Below are positions 36,140 to 44,721 of a DNA stretch of 64,000 bases, in pieces. Source of the stretch: a virus (taxonomy: Duplodnaviria; Caudoviricetes). The position numbers were made by a program, and so were the translations under genes. The DNA is taken from positions 160,001 through 224,000 of IMG/VR virus record IMGVR_UViG_3300031088_000008. One strand, given 5' to 3'. The stretch's first letter is position 1, and every line of letters begins with the position of its first letter. The notes below the pieces were generated by a model. It was not told the origin of the DNA. It did no database searches and worked only from the letters and a program-made list of their open reading frames with translations.

Positions 36140-36345
36140 GAAAGCAATTCATCTATGAGGTAAAGATCAGCTGGGCCAAGGATCCCTATGGTGACAATTC
36201 GATCGAGTGGCTGATTGAAAACAAGCTCAAGCCGGAACGTGACTGGCAGATTGACATGCACGGCGGAAAGCTGGACTATCTTAGCTTTTGGTTCCACGAC
36301 GCCAACAAAGCCCTGATCGTCAAGCTCACACTGGGTGGCATGTGA
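36136..36345 (+). CDS. FKLxW-family small protein
   Basis: ends FHDANKALIVKLTLGGM. Confidence 0.75.
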   Translation: MRKQFIYEVKISWAKDPYGDNSIEWLIENKLKPERDWQIDMHGGKLDYLSFWFHDANKALIVKLTLGGM

Positions 36346-36566
36346 GTACCGAGTATCCATTCTGCAAGACGGTGGCGATCAGTACTCGTCAGGGTCGTGC
36401 CCGTTATCCTGAACTCGTAAAATGGCTTGAGGATCAAAACTGGTCCGAGGGCTTTGATTACTCCGTGGATCTCCTATACGGTGAGCCCATGGGTGATCCG
36501 GTTGCTTGGCAGTTTGCCTTTGATGATGCGCGGAAGGCTGTGGCCTTCAAGCTGGTATGGGGATGA
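36342..36566 (+). CDS. FKLxW-family small protein
   Basis: ends FDDARKAVAFKLVWG. Confidence 0.8.
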   Translation: MSTEYPFCKTVAISTRQGRARYPELVKWLEDQNWSEGFDYSVDLLYGEPMGDPVAWQFAFDDARKAVAFKLVWG

Positions 36567-36856
36567 AGAACGCCCAGCAGCGCCTGGCTGCTCTTCCCTA
36601 CCATATAATCGTGCCTGGGGTCTGGCATGAGGATCCCATATATGATCGTCTGATCGACGCCATCAACTGGTTGTATGATGATGGTCCGCAATCCACTGAT
36701 TGGTTTGTACACCAGTGTGAAGATGGTATCTTCATAGATAAGAAGAACAAGTACCAGATGTATCCAAGGAAAACAACTGCCTACACGTTCGCGTTCAGGA
36801 ATCGAAACGAAGCCGCGTTATTCAAATTGTTGTGGTTTTATAAATTGAAGTATTGA
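36563..36856 (+). CDS. FKLxW-family small protein
   Basis: FRNRNEAALFKLLWF. Confidence 0.8.
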   Translation: MKNAQQRLAALPYHIIVPGVWHEDPIYDRLIDAINWLYDDGPQSTDWFVHQCEDGIFIDKKNKYQMYPRKTTAYTFAFRNRNEAALFKLLWFYKLKY

Positions 36857-36890
36857 AAGTGCGCCTGCTACCTAGGAGGTAGGAGGAGCG

Positions 36891-37181
36891 ATGTTCAATT
36901 TGCCAGAAGAGTCCGATGGTGAGACCAACTATCACATCGTATATCTGAAATTGCCTGGTAGCGTCTGGTGTGAGAGTACCCAGGATCTCCGCGATGACAT
37001 TGATGCGTGGCTGGAAACCAATGATGTTGGTGACGACCAGTACAACAGCTTCTACTTCCGAGACCCAGAGAACGCACAAGAGGGTGACTGGTACCACAAT
37101 GCGGTGACCAGTAACAAATATATCTGTTACTGCTTCGCGGACCGCAACCACGCACTCCTATTCAAACTCACATTCAAGTAG
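36891..37181 (+). CDS. FKLxW-family small protein
   Basis: ends FADRNHALLFKLTFK. Confidence 0.8.
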   Translation: MFNLPEESDGETNYHIVYLKLPGSVWCESTQDLRDDIDAWLETNDVGDDQYNSFYFRDPENAQEGDWYHNAVTSNKYICYCFADRNHALLFKLTFK

Positions 37182-37219
37182 TCGCTTGACACTGGAAACC
37201 CTGGTGCTACAAAGCTGGC

Positions 37220-37501
37220 ATGAAGCGTCTAGTTGATCCTCTCGTGGCAGAAGGCCATAAGGTATTCGTATCCTATGATAGCAGCGCCTTTGAGACTGTG
37301 AAGGTCTCCACTTCCAAGGGGTTCAGCTATACGAGGAGTCGTAGTCCAACAGCTGGATTCCAAGCGTGGCTACAGGACACTGCCGGTCCTCTTGGTATTC
37401 TCTGGACCACGACCAAGGATGAAGAGGGCAAGGGCTTGTTTATCTTTTTCTACAGGTCCAGTCACGCTATGCTATGCAAGCTCACTTGGGGAGGATCATG
37501 A
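37220..37501 (+). CDS. FKLxW-family small protein
   Basis: ends SSHAMLCKLTWGGS. Confidence 0.8.
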   Translation: MKRLVDPLVAEGHKVFVSYDSSAFETVKVSTSKGFSYTRSRSPTAGFQAWLQDTAGPLGILWTTTKDEEGKGLFIFFYRSSHAMLCKLTWGGS

Positions 37502-37785
37502 CGCACGTCTGCATCAAGGTCAATGACGAGATTTGGGATGGCTACGGTCTCCGCCTCGTCATGCACGACTGGCTGGTGCAGAATGTAGGTCAACAGGCCA
37601 GCGACATGACGGATTATACATGGAGCCGGAAAGCTGCCTTTTATCTGAGGGCCAGCGAGAGTTCCATTGATCCCATGTATCTGGCAACCGGTGATCGCCA
37701 GAATGGTCCAGCAAAATTCCTTCACTTCAAGTTCAAAGACCCCGCGAAGGCTATGATGTTCAAACTTGCATGGGGTGGTCGATGA
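37498..37785 (+). CDS. FKLxW-family small protein
   Basis: ends FKDPAKAMMFKLAWGGR. Confidence 0.8.
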   Translation: MTHVCIKVNDEIWDGYGLRLVMHDWLVQNVGQQASDMTDYTWSRKAAFYLRASESSIDPMYLATGDRQNGPAKFLHFKFKDPAKAMMFKLAWGGR

Positions 37786-38036
37786 CTATTCGGGATAATG
37801 TGATCATCACAACCATCTTCATACCCACGGACAGGTTTCCCTGGAAGCTAGTCAAGGACGATGATGGAGTGGAGCGAAAGCTCTATGATGTCACAGCCGA
37901 ACCTCTAGCAACTGTGGTGTCCATGAACACTGTGTGGGGATTCAACGACAGCACAGATAGCGTGATGATATCATTTCTAGAGGGTTGTGATCTGGATAAG
38001 GTCATGTTATTCAAACTGACTTGGGGAGGATTGTAG
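37782..38036 (+). CDS. FKLxW-family small protein
   Basis: ends LDKVMLFKLTWGGL. Confidence 0.8.
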   Translation: MTIRDNVIITTIFIPTDRFPWKLVKDDDGVERKLYDVTAEPLATVVSMNTVWGFNDSTDSVMISFLEGCDLDKVMLFKLTWGGL

Positions 38037-38299
38037 TGGCCGACCAGCGTGTGATGCGAAATCTCTTTTACGTCTCGATCATCAAGCGAGCGGAGCTCTT
38101 TCATCAGCTGGCCGACCAGGTCTGCGCTCGAATGGGCCCTCCGCCAGAAGGCATTGAAGCAATGCACCGTCATTTGGAAAAGAGTCACGAGGACGATCTC
38201 CGGTGGCTGGTGGACAACGACGTACAGGTCACCATGAAGATGATCGACCTTATCTCCCAGCGGACTGCGGAGATCAGGAGCAAGTTGATTGCAGACTAG
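38036..38299 (+). CDS. hypothetical protein (non-family, inside array)
   Basis: GTG overlapping the upstream TAG; SD GGAGG from upstream WGG codons. Confidence 0.6.
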   Translation: MADQRVMRNLFYVSIIKRAELFHQLADQVCARMGPPPEGIEAMHRHLEKSHEDDLRWLVDNDVQVTMKMIDLISQRTAEIRSKLIAD

Positions 38300-38624
38300 C
38301 TATAAGATGGTCTGGGATCGGGGCAATCCACTCAAGGTGGTTGTCGAGGGTTGTGTTCCTGAGAACTCCTTTGTGTTGCGCGGACCTGAGACTCCCGAGG
38401 AACGGCTTGCACGAAAGGCTCAGGAAGCTGCCAACACTCATATGGAAAATCTAGCTCAGCTTTTCCGAAATCACTTTGACAGTCGGTGGCGTGCCAGTGA
38501 TCTCTATCCATGGATGGAAGAGAACGCACCCGGCTACAAAGTTGGAGTATCCAACAAGAGCGGTGCCATTTTGGTATTCCAAGAAAAGCATCACGCTATG
38601 ATGTTCAAGCTAGCCTGGTCATGA
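38289..38624 (+). CDS. FKLxW-family small protein
   Basis: ends FQEKHHAMMFKLAWS. Confidence 0.8.
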   Translation: MQTSYKMVWDRGNPLKVVVEGCVPENSFVLRGPETPEERLARKAQEAANTHMENLAQLFRNHFDSRWRASDLYPWMEENAPGYKVGVSNKSGAILVFQEKHHAMMFKLAWS

Positions 38625-38854
38625 GTGTCAACGTCGTCCTGCCTTTTAGTACCTGTGCTAGTTCTTCAAGCAATGGGTCGGTGAAAGTCCATCTCAACCC
38701 AGATATTTTGGATTGGCTCGCTGACAATGCGCCCCCAATCAGCCAGAAGGTAAACTGGATGTTGGGTCGCGATTACAGTCGATGGCAGGTAATGTTCAAC
38801 CTCCCCGATAAACACACCGCTGTCTTGTTCAAATTGACTTTTGGAGGCCGTTGA
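38621..38854 (+). CDS. FKLxW-family small protein
   Basis: ends DKHTAVLFKLTFGGR. Confidence 0.8.
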   Translation: MSVNVVLPFSTCASSSSNGSVKVHLNPDILDWLADNAPPISQKVNWMLGRDYSRWQVMFNLPDKHTAVLFKLTFGGR

Positions 38855-38869
38855 CCCCATAATGGGTTA

Positions 38870-39307
38870 ATGCGTATCCTGGAACACTTCGACGTTAAAT
38901 TCTCTGGTCCGTTGAAAGCGACAACTCGTAGCCGCTTCACGCTCCAGAATGACGACGGTACAATCTTTGATGTCATGATCCCCGGTGAGGAAAAACTCCT
39001 CGCGGCATTTCGGTGGATGGGCGAGAATGATTGCCTTCGTCATCTGAGATCCGTCGAGCCTGAATACCATGATAATCTCAAGGATATCATGAAGATTGAG
39101 GAATACAACACCCAGGTTCGAGAACACGCTCATCTGGTTGGAAGTCTTCAAACAGGAATCAACTATAACAATTACTCGCCCCAACATTACTCCAGTAATG
39201 GATATCCAATACCGCAGCTTCAACCTGTTCCCTCTGCGGTCTATGAGTGTACGTGGACCTTCTACAGCAAGGAACACGCAGTGATGTTCAAGTTGGCGTG
39301 CGGCTGA
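38870..39307 (+). CDS. FKLxW-family protein
   Basis: ends FYSKEHAVMFKLACG. Confidence 0.8.
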   Translation: MRILEHFDVKFSGPLKATTRSRFTLQNDDGTIFDVMIPGEEKLLAAFRWMGENDCLRHLRSVEPEYHDNLKDIMKIEEYNTQVREHAHLVGSLQTGINYNNYSPQHYSSNGYPIPQLQPVPSAVYECTWTFYSKEHAVMFKLACG

Positions 39308-39672
39308 TGAAACTCATCGAGAAACATCATCAGTGGTATATTGTTCCCAGCGATGGAGAAATGTTCTTTGCCTGGGAAGCCATTGATGCTGAAGTGCCCA
39401 CGCATATTCGTGCCAATCCCCGCATCTTACCTTTTCTTGCCGAATGGATGGATAACACCTGTCCCGGTCGATGGGGAACGGCATGGATGGATAAAGGCAG
39501 GGCTATCTGGATTGAGGACCCCAGTGTCTTTCAATTGTTCAAGTTAGCCTGGCACGATCACGCCGATATCCAGATAGTAGTGATGCCGGAGATCACGGCC
39601 TTCTACTGCCCCTATATTCCACTGACGATCACGAGTGCAATTCCACAGGTGGGCGATGGCGAGGAGGCTTGA
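39307..39672 (+). CDS. FKLxW-family domain fused to a major-capsid-like AFYCPYIPL snippet
   Basis: EDPSVFQLFKLAW then ITAFYCPYIPLT. Confidence 0.8.
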   Translation: MKLIEKHHQWYIVPSDGEMFFAWEAIDAEVPTHIRANPRILPFLAEWMDNTCPGRWGTAWMDKGRAIWIEDPSVFQLFKLAWHDHADIQIVVMPEITAFYCPYIPLTITSAIPQVGDGEEA

Positions 39673-39904
39673 CGGCGTTCGGGTCGTGATACCCAAGAGC
39701 CGCGTCTGCATTATAGATGAACACGGCTTCGACGACAGTCTCTCGGACGAGTGCTGGGACTGGATCCAAGAAAACATTGGCGCATGGGGTGTGGACTGGG
39801 AACATGGCGAATGTTGGATGTTCGAAGATTATGGGATGACAAGTTTGGAATTTCACTTTAAGAGAGCTTCCGATGCAATGTTGTTCAAACTCACCTGGGC
39901 CTAG
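39656..39904 (+). CDS. FKLxW-family small protein
   Basis: ends FKRASDAMLFKLTWA. Confidence 0.8.
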   Translation: MARRLDGVRVVIPKSRVCIIDEHGFDDSLSDECWDWIQENIGAWGVDWEHGECWMFEDYGMTSLEFHFKRASDAMLFKLTWA

Positions 39905-40157
39905 CTATTGGGATTTTCCGCTTCCCAATAAAAAGCTCTATCGGGATCTCAGTTGGCGGGCTGAGGATGATGCCAGTCGTTTATTCGATCAGGAAATGAA
40001 GGACTGGCTAGACCAGCACAACTTCTCCTACAATGGCAGGTTTGTTCATGCCTCCACGGATCTCAGCCAGTATGGCGAACAAGTCTATTCCTGGAGGCTT
40101 ATGATTCGACTCTATGATTCCAAAGCTGCCGTGCTATACAAGCTGACATGGATCTAG
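39873..40157 (+). CDS. FKLxW-family small protein (start uncertain)
   Basis: ends YDSKAAVLYKLTWI. Confidence 0.7.
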   Translation: MQCCSNSPGPSYWDFPLPNKKLYRDLSWRAEDDASRLFDQEMKDWLDQHNFSYNGRFVHASTDLSQYGEQVYSWRLMIRLYDSKAAVLYKLTWI

Positions 40158-40438
40158 AAGCTACCATTCACACCATTGAGGTGCCAGTCAACGCCGAGTG
40201 CATTGATCGCGCTGGCCGATGGCTCGCAGAGCGTCTGGGTGAGCCCGGATGGAAAAGCAAGCCCCGCACCAACGAACATGGCGATGTGGCCTTTGATGCG
40301 TCTCGTATCTATATGGAAGACGTGCTTTGGGACGCATACGTCAACCCCAGCAGCTTTCGCGCTTTCTTTTTGATCAAAGAAAACGACAACCTTGCCATGT
40401 TGTTCAAGCTGACCTTTGGAGGACAGAATGCTGATTGA
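40148..40438 (+). CDS. FKLxW-family small protein
   Basis: NDNLAMLFKLTFGG. Confidence 0.8.
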   Translation: MDLEATIHTIEVPVNAECIDRAGRWLAERLGEPGWKSKPRTNEHGDVAFDASRIYMEDVLWDAYVNPSSFRAFFLIKENDNLAMLFKLTFGGQNAD

Positions 40439-40853
40439 GGAAGTCAAGTGGCGCAAATGGCTGGGACTTCCCTACATCAGTGTTCAGGGGGAATGGCTGG
40501 AAGAGTTCTATCAGCGAAAGCTCAATCAGGGAGATGTCTCGAGCGCACGATGGACTGGTGGCTTCGAGGAATACCGCTGGGCAAAACCCATAAGGGATTG
40601 GCTCCAGGAAAGTGGCGGACGTTACAAGCTAGAAAAGTGTGGGCAAGCCAGCGACTTCGCGGTTGGAAGGCAAGCTAAGATCTGGTTTCGTGATATGAAG
40701 AATGTCACGATGTTCAAGCTGGCTTGGGGTGGGGCAAAGAAGCCTGAGGATCCGCCAGTTGTGTTTGGTGTTACGAGAACTCTCGTCAAGGCCAAGAGTA
40801 GAAAGCTGAAGGGCACTTGGTCCCTTCAGCCTCCTGAAAAATCTACGAAGTAA
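40428..40853 (+). CDS. FKLxW-family domain fused to a major-capsid-like AKSRKLKGTWS snippet
   Basis: FRDMKNVTMFKLAWGG then FGVTRTLVKAKSRKLKGTWSL. Confidence 0.8.
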   Translation: MLIEEVKWRKWLGLPYISVQGEWLEEFYQRKLNQGDVSSARWTGGFEEYRWAKPIRDWLQESGGRYKLEKCGQASDFAVGRQAKIWFRDMKNVTMFKLAWGGAKKPEDPPVVFGVTRTLVKAKSRKLKGTWSLQPPEKSTK

Positions 40854-41294
40854 TTACTTGACCAGACCAGGAAGGTAACGACCGCCTGCTGGTGGAAGAG
40901 TCAAGACCTGCTGACGGTGACTGATGCCTCCCTTGAGACCAAAGCCAATGTGGACCCAACGGCGCTTTTCGTGGATAAGCTGGTCGAACTTTAGACCACC
41001 CTTGATCAGTGCGGCACAAATCTCATAGGGAGTTCCAAAGTCAGGGCTTACAAAGTCAACACCAAAGCCAAAGCTGTGAGCGGAAGTTACCACGCCACCA
41101 ACGGCACGGTTTACCGCATCACAACGGAAGCCACTGTTGACGCTGATTGGTGTGCCAAGAATTGCACGGACCTTTTCCATCATCTGAGCAGTGTGGGTCA
41201 AGTTTGCCAATTGTGCGGCGTTGGGAACATTCTTGATACCCGTTCCGGTAACGGTCATCTCGGCCAAACTAAAATGCGGTGTAAGCTGGGTCAT
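40854..41294 (-). CDS. peptidase M15 family endolysin-like protein
   Basis: LTPHFSLAEM, VNSGFRC..VNRAVGG...SAH..G.GVDF, FDQLIHE..WVHI; SD AAGGAG. Confidence 0.88.
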   Translation of the reverse strand: MTQLTPHFSLAEMTVTGTGIKNVPNAAQLANLTHTAQMMEKVRAILGTPISVNSGFRCDAVNRAVGGVVTSAHSFGFGVDFVSPDFGTPYEICAALIKGGLKFDQLIHEKRRWVHIGFGLKGGISHRQQVLTLPPAGGRYLPGLVK

Positions 41295-41320
41295 GATCGA
41301 TCTCCTTTTGGGGTACAGAA

Positions 41321-41350
41321 TATTTAAGGAGATTTTCCACCCATTAAATA
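41321..41350. promoter_or_regulatory. divergent pair of late promoter cores
   Basis: TAAATA on minus (41321-41326) and plus (41345-41350). Confidence 0.55.
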
Positions 41351-41354
41351 GGCT

Positions 41355-41585
41355 GTGGATGACCTTTTTGAATATCCCCCGCAAACTAGATCGATCAGGG
41401 TTCAGTTGCCTATGGTCAAGAGTTCCATGCACCACTATGCGGTTCGCACCTGGCTATTGGAGCAGACTTGGCAGGAATATGAAGACTGGATAATTGGTCG
41501 AGAGAGTTTTCACACCGGCATTTATGAGGTGTGGTTTACAGATGTGGGCAAGGCAGTATATTTCAAACTATGTTTCAGTATCTAG
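41355..41585 (+). CDS. FKLxW-family small protein
   Basis: ends FTDVGKAVYFKLCFSI. Confidence 0.75.
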   Translation: MDDLFEYPPQTRSIRVQLPMVKSSMHHYAVRTWLLEQTWQEYEDWIIGRESFHTGIYEVWFTDVGKAVYFKLCFSI

Positions 41586-41821
41586 ACCGCAGGCTTGAAT
41601 ACTACTTCAGCCACTACATGGAACTGCCCTACAGCTTTCGCGGTCACTTCTTCCACAACCTATCCCAACGAGACACCGTGGTAGATCAGCTGGAAGAGAT
41701 GCTGCTCTCTTATGGCATCCGTGGGTGGGATTATCTTCTAATAGTACAGCAGGATCGTTTCTGCGTGTATTTTCAAAAACACAGTGCCGCAGTGCGGTTT
41801 TATCTAAATTGGTATCTGTGA
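41570..41821 (+). CDS. FKLxW-family small protein (divergent; start uncertain)
   Basis: ends FQKHSAAVRFYLNWYL. Confidence 0.65.
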   Translation: MFQYLDRRLEYYFSHYMELPYSFRGHFFHNLSQRDTVVDQLEEMLLSYGIRGWDYLLIVQQDRFCVYFQKHSAAVRFYLNWYL

Positions 41822-42097
41822 AGCTTCTTTGGGGCGTCCTGAAGCATTCCAACATAAAAGAAACAACTGGGCAGTGCGGCGCTCTCCGAACTGAAATATC
41901 CGCCCCACATGCTCCATACCCGCGTCGGGACCAAATTCTCCATAGGTAACATAGGGGCGATACCAATTTACCAGCCCCCAATCCCCGCCATGGGCATCCA
42001 GCCACTCCTGTACTTTTTCGGACAGGCAACGTGTTTTGGCGCGCTTGGCTCCAAAGACACCGTTGTTGGCAAAGTGGACTGCTACTTCGTAATTCAC
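41804..42097 (-). CDS. FKLxW-family small protein
   Basis: FGERRTAQLFLLCW; GTGA overlap. Confidence 0.7.
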   Translation of the reverse strand: MNYEVAVHFANNGVFGAKRAKTRCLSEKVQEWLDAHGGDWGLVNWYRPYVTYGEFGPDAGMEHVGRIFQFGERRTAQLFLLCWNASGRPKEASQIPI

Positions 42098-42330
42098 GGG
42101 TTCGCCAAAGAGTCCAGGCCATAAAAGCTCAACTTGAACATGGTCGCCCATGAAGCCTCCCGAAAACAATAGACCCTGAGGTCGCCAACTTCCTGAAAAT
42201 AATCCATGTAATCAACGGCGTTCATGTGAAGCCAGGCATCCGCCCTTGCCTCGAGCGACATGTCATACTCTGGAAGACCAACCTCGTGGGGATAGTCGGC
42301 TTGGATCATGCGAATATAGGCATTGGGCAT
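42094..42330 (-). CDS. FKLxW-family small protein
   Basis: FREASWATMFKLSF. Confidence 0.8.
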   Translation of the reverse strand: MPNAYIRMIQADYPHEVGLPEYDMSLEARADAWLHMNAVDYMDYFQEVGDLRVYCFREASWATMFKLSFYGLDSLANP

Positions 42331-42614
42331 TAGATGCTCCCACACCAGCGAAGCTTGAACAGCATGGCCGCATTGGCATCCGAAAAGCCAATTATCCGAC
42401 CACGTGCTGGATCACCTTTGGGCAAATTGTTGTTCCACTGTCGCCAGTAGCCCTGCAGGTTTTCCTCGCACCAGTCCCACACTTCATCGCGGATTTCATA
42501 TCCATCGGGAAACTTTGTGGCGCTGTGGTTGGTCCTCAGGTACTCTTTCCATTCAATGTACCGACACACCCGGTCATTGCTGTATGGTACGCTGATTGTG
42601 ACCTCAAATTCCAT
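42330..42614 (-). CDS. FKLxW-family small protein
   Basis: FSDANAAMLFKLRW. Confidence 0.8.
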   Translation of the reverse strand: MEFEVTISVPYSNDRVCRYIEWKEYLRTNHSATKFPDGYEIRDEVWDWCEENLQGYWRQWNNNLPKGDPARGRIIGFSDANAAMLFKLRWCGSI

Positions 42615-42632
42615 GCCACGTCCTAGCAGTCT

Positions 42633-42917
42633 TTAGCCCCAAGTCAACTTGAACAAGAGTGCCTTGTTGGGATCCTTAAAGTAGAAGTTGGTATCGGTAA
42701 CCAACAATGGAATGTCGTTTCTCCACATTCCAATCTCCCTCATGGTGTTCTTGGGGCCAACGTGTTCTATGAGCCAGTTCAAGACGTCTTCCCTGAGATG
42801 CAGGGATTTGATACGAAAGCCGTTTTCATCCACGATGGACCACACGCATTGGTTGGCAATGTTGGCGCAAAACCATCCGTTCTCGTCTTCGTCATCAAAG
42901 ACGCCAGGATTATTCAC
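42633..42917 (-). CDS. FKLxW-family small protein
   Basis: ends FKDPNKALLFKLTWG. Confidence 0.8.
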   Translation of the reverse strand: MNNPGVFDDEDENGWFCANIANQCVWSIVDENGFRIKSLHLREDVLNWLIEHVGPKNTMREIGMWRNDIPLLVTDTNFYFKDPNKALLFKLTWG

Positions 42918-43185
42918 TGGCCCACCTCATCTTAAACAGCTGGGCGTCCCGCATCTCGGCAAAGAACCAAATGATGTGCTCGTCAATCGTCCTAAGACCC
43001 ATCTTGCTACCAGAGAGAACATCCTCTTTGGTCAGGATGGCGCCCGTTCGGACCAGCATTAGGTCGTAGTCGCCCTCGATGGTTGCAAGCCAGGCATAGA
43101 TCTCGTCAAGCCATGTCCCACGATGTTCCTGGCTATCTGGATTAGGAACAGGCATCATCACGCAATGGCCGGTAAAAACTGTCAT
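42910..43185 (-). CDS. FKLxW-family small protein
   Basis: FAEMRDAQLFKMRW. Confidence 0.8.
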   Translation of the reverse strand: MTVFTGHCVMMPVPNPDSQEHRGTWLDEIYAWLATIEGDYDLMLVRTGAILTKEDVLSGSKMGLRTIDEHIIWFFAEMRDAQLFKMRWASE

Positions 43186-43472
43186 AGAAACTTCAACTTG
43201 AAAAGAGCCGCGCGGCCTCGATCACTAATGGACAAGTGCCAGTGATCATAGACATTACACCAGAGTTGATATGTACTCGATCCAATAACCAACAGGGCAT
43301 CATCACTTAAAAAGTACCAGGGAGCCAGGCCGATACTCTTAGGCTTCATAATTTGGGCACTGCTCACACATAGGCGGTCAGTTGGCGGATTGAAATGGTC
43401 GTGACTGTACCAGAGCCACCCATCTTTGTTTATGGTGTCAATGCGATGTGGTAGCATGAAGGTTGTGCTCAT
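43182..43472 (-). CDS. FKLxW-family small protein
   Basis: ends SDRGRAALFKLKFL. Confidence 0.75.
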   Translation of the reverse strand: MSTTFMLPHRIDTINKDGWLWYSHDHFNPPTDRLCVSSAQIMKPKSIGLAPWYFLSDDALLVIGSSTYQLWCNVYDHWHLSISDRGRAALFKLKFL

Positions 43473-43475
43473 AGC

Positions 43476-43739
43476 TCAGGCATTCTGTATGTGGTGATAC
43501 CATCGAAGCTTGAAAATCATACCATCGCTGTTCTTGTAGAAGAGGATGTGGGTCTCAAACACCTGTGCCTTTTGGTGCTTTCCCTCGGAAGCCTTTTCGT
43601 TGTGCTTCCACTCCAATCCATACTCCGTGATCCCGCTATCGTCGAGCCAATCCTGAACTTCATAGGGGAGACGAGGTGGTGCGAGTTCCTCGTTGCGGTT
43701 TCCCCACACGTGGTAATCTTTGATAATGAACTGAATCAT
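43476..43739 (-). CDS. FKLxW-family small protein
   Basis: FYKNSDGMIFKLRW. Confidence 0.8.
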   Translation of the reverse strand: MIQFIIKDYHVWGNRNEELAPPRLPYEVQDWLDDSGITEYGLEWKHNEKASEGKHQKAQVFETHILFYKNSDGMIFKLRWYHHIQNA

Positions 43740-43960
43740 CGATACCACGCCAGCTTGAACAACATGGCGTCCTTTCGATCTTTGAACAAGATGTCCTGCT
43801 GAAGGTGGTCAGGATCTGCGCTCTTGTGCTGATTGTCACCAAACTTCATCGTAACGCGCAGCTCATGCCCAGCCGCATGTAGCCAAGCCAAAAGAGCCTG
43901 AAACTCCAAGCGGTGAAGCCGGATGGTTACCTTGTTGGGAAAGTCTTTATTTCGCACCAT
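43736..43960 (-). CDS. FKLxW-family small protein
   Basis: ends FKDRKDAMLFKLAWYR. Confidence 0.8.
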   Translation of the reverse strand: MVRNKDFPNKVTIRLHRLEFQALLAWLHAAGHELRVTMKFGDNQHKSADPDHLQQDILFKDRKDAMLFKLAWYR

Positions 43961-44255
43961 GGTCCCACCTCAACTTGAACAACATTAGGTCTCGACGAAA
44001 ACGAAAGTAGATGGGACGCATCCATCGTGGACCTGTGATGTCTATGAGACCAGTACCATCGGGACTTTCAACCCACCATCGACCACGAGGCAATTTGTCC
44101 AGCCACGCCCTAACATCTTCCCTCAGAGGATAGGCATCATAGTCGTCATATTGCTCGTCTTCAATTCGATCAAAGAATTCACTGGACCACTCGGCCACGG
44201 CACGCCATGCTCGCCCCTGGGCAATAAAGGATTTCCAGGAGTGGTGCGTTTCCAT
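43947..44255 (-). CDS. FKLxW-family small protein
   Basis: FRFRRDLMLFKLRW; start chosen at METHH. Confidence 0.75.
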   Translation of the reverse strand: METHHSWKSFIAQGRAWRAVAEWSSEFFDRIEDEQYDDYDAYPLREDVRAWLDKLPRGRWWVESPDGTGLIDITGPRWMRPIYFRFRRDLMLFKLRWDHGAK

Positions 44256-44275
44256 ACCTGTACCGTAAAGCCAGG

Positions 44276-44494
44276 TTAGGCAAAAGTCAACTTGAACAAC
44301 ACGGCTGCCTGTGGATCGTCGAAGTGAAAGAGAATGGTATCCAGGCCAAAGGAAACGTCCCATCCATTATAGACCCTATTGGGATCCTTGCTCGCAAGGC
44401 AGAGCTCGGGAAAGTGGGCTATCAACCATTCAGCAGATTCCCTGTAGGTGCTCTGCCAATTTCCTCGATCAGAGATTTCCACCGTTACAGCCAT
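44276..44494 (-). CDS. FKLxW-family small protein
   Basis: ends FDDPQAAVLFKLTFA. Confidence 0.8.
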   Translation of the reverse strand: MAVTVEISDRGNWQSTYRESAEWLIAHFPELCLASKDPNRVYNGWDVSFGLDTILFHFDDPQAAVLFKLTFA

Positions 44495-44721
44495 GAGAGT
44501 TTGAACAGCATGGCTGCCTCTCGGTCCTCGGTCTTAAAGCAGAAGTGACGCAGGAATGGAAATGGTGCGATACCCGAGGTGTCCACATTGGAACTCCAAA
44601 TGACATCAAGCGCCCGGTCGTCAAACCATTCGGCTATCTCAATCCAGTGATCATCGCTCTGATCCATTGGCATGCTGACGATTACGGGATGAGTTTGCAT
44701 GACCAGTGACATCAAGGGCAT
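44485..44721 (-). CDS. FKLxW-family small protein
   Basis: ends EDREAAMLFKLSWL. Confidence 0.8.
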   Translation of the reverse strand: MPLMSLVMQTHPVIVSMPMDQSDDHWIEIAEWFDDRALDVIWSSNVDTSGIAPFPFLRHFCFKTEDREAAMLFKLSWL

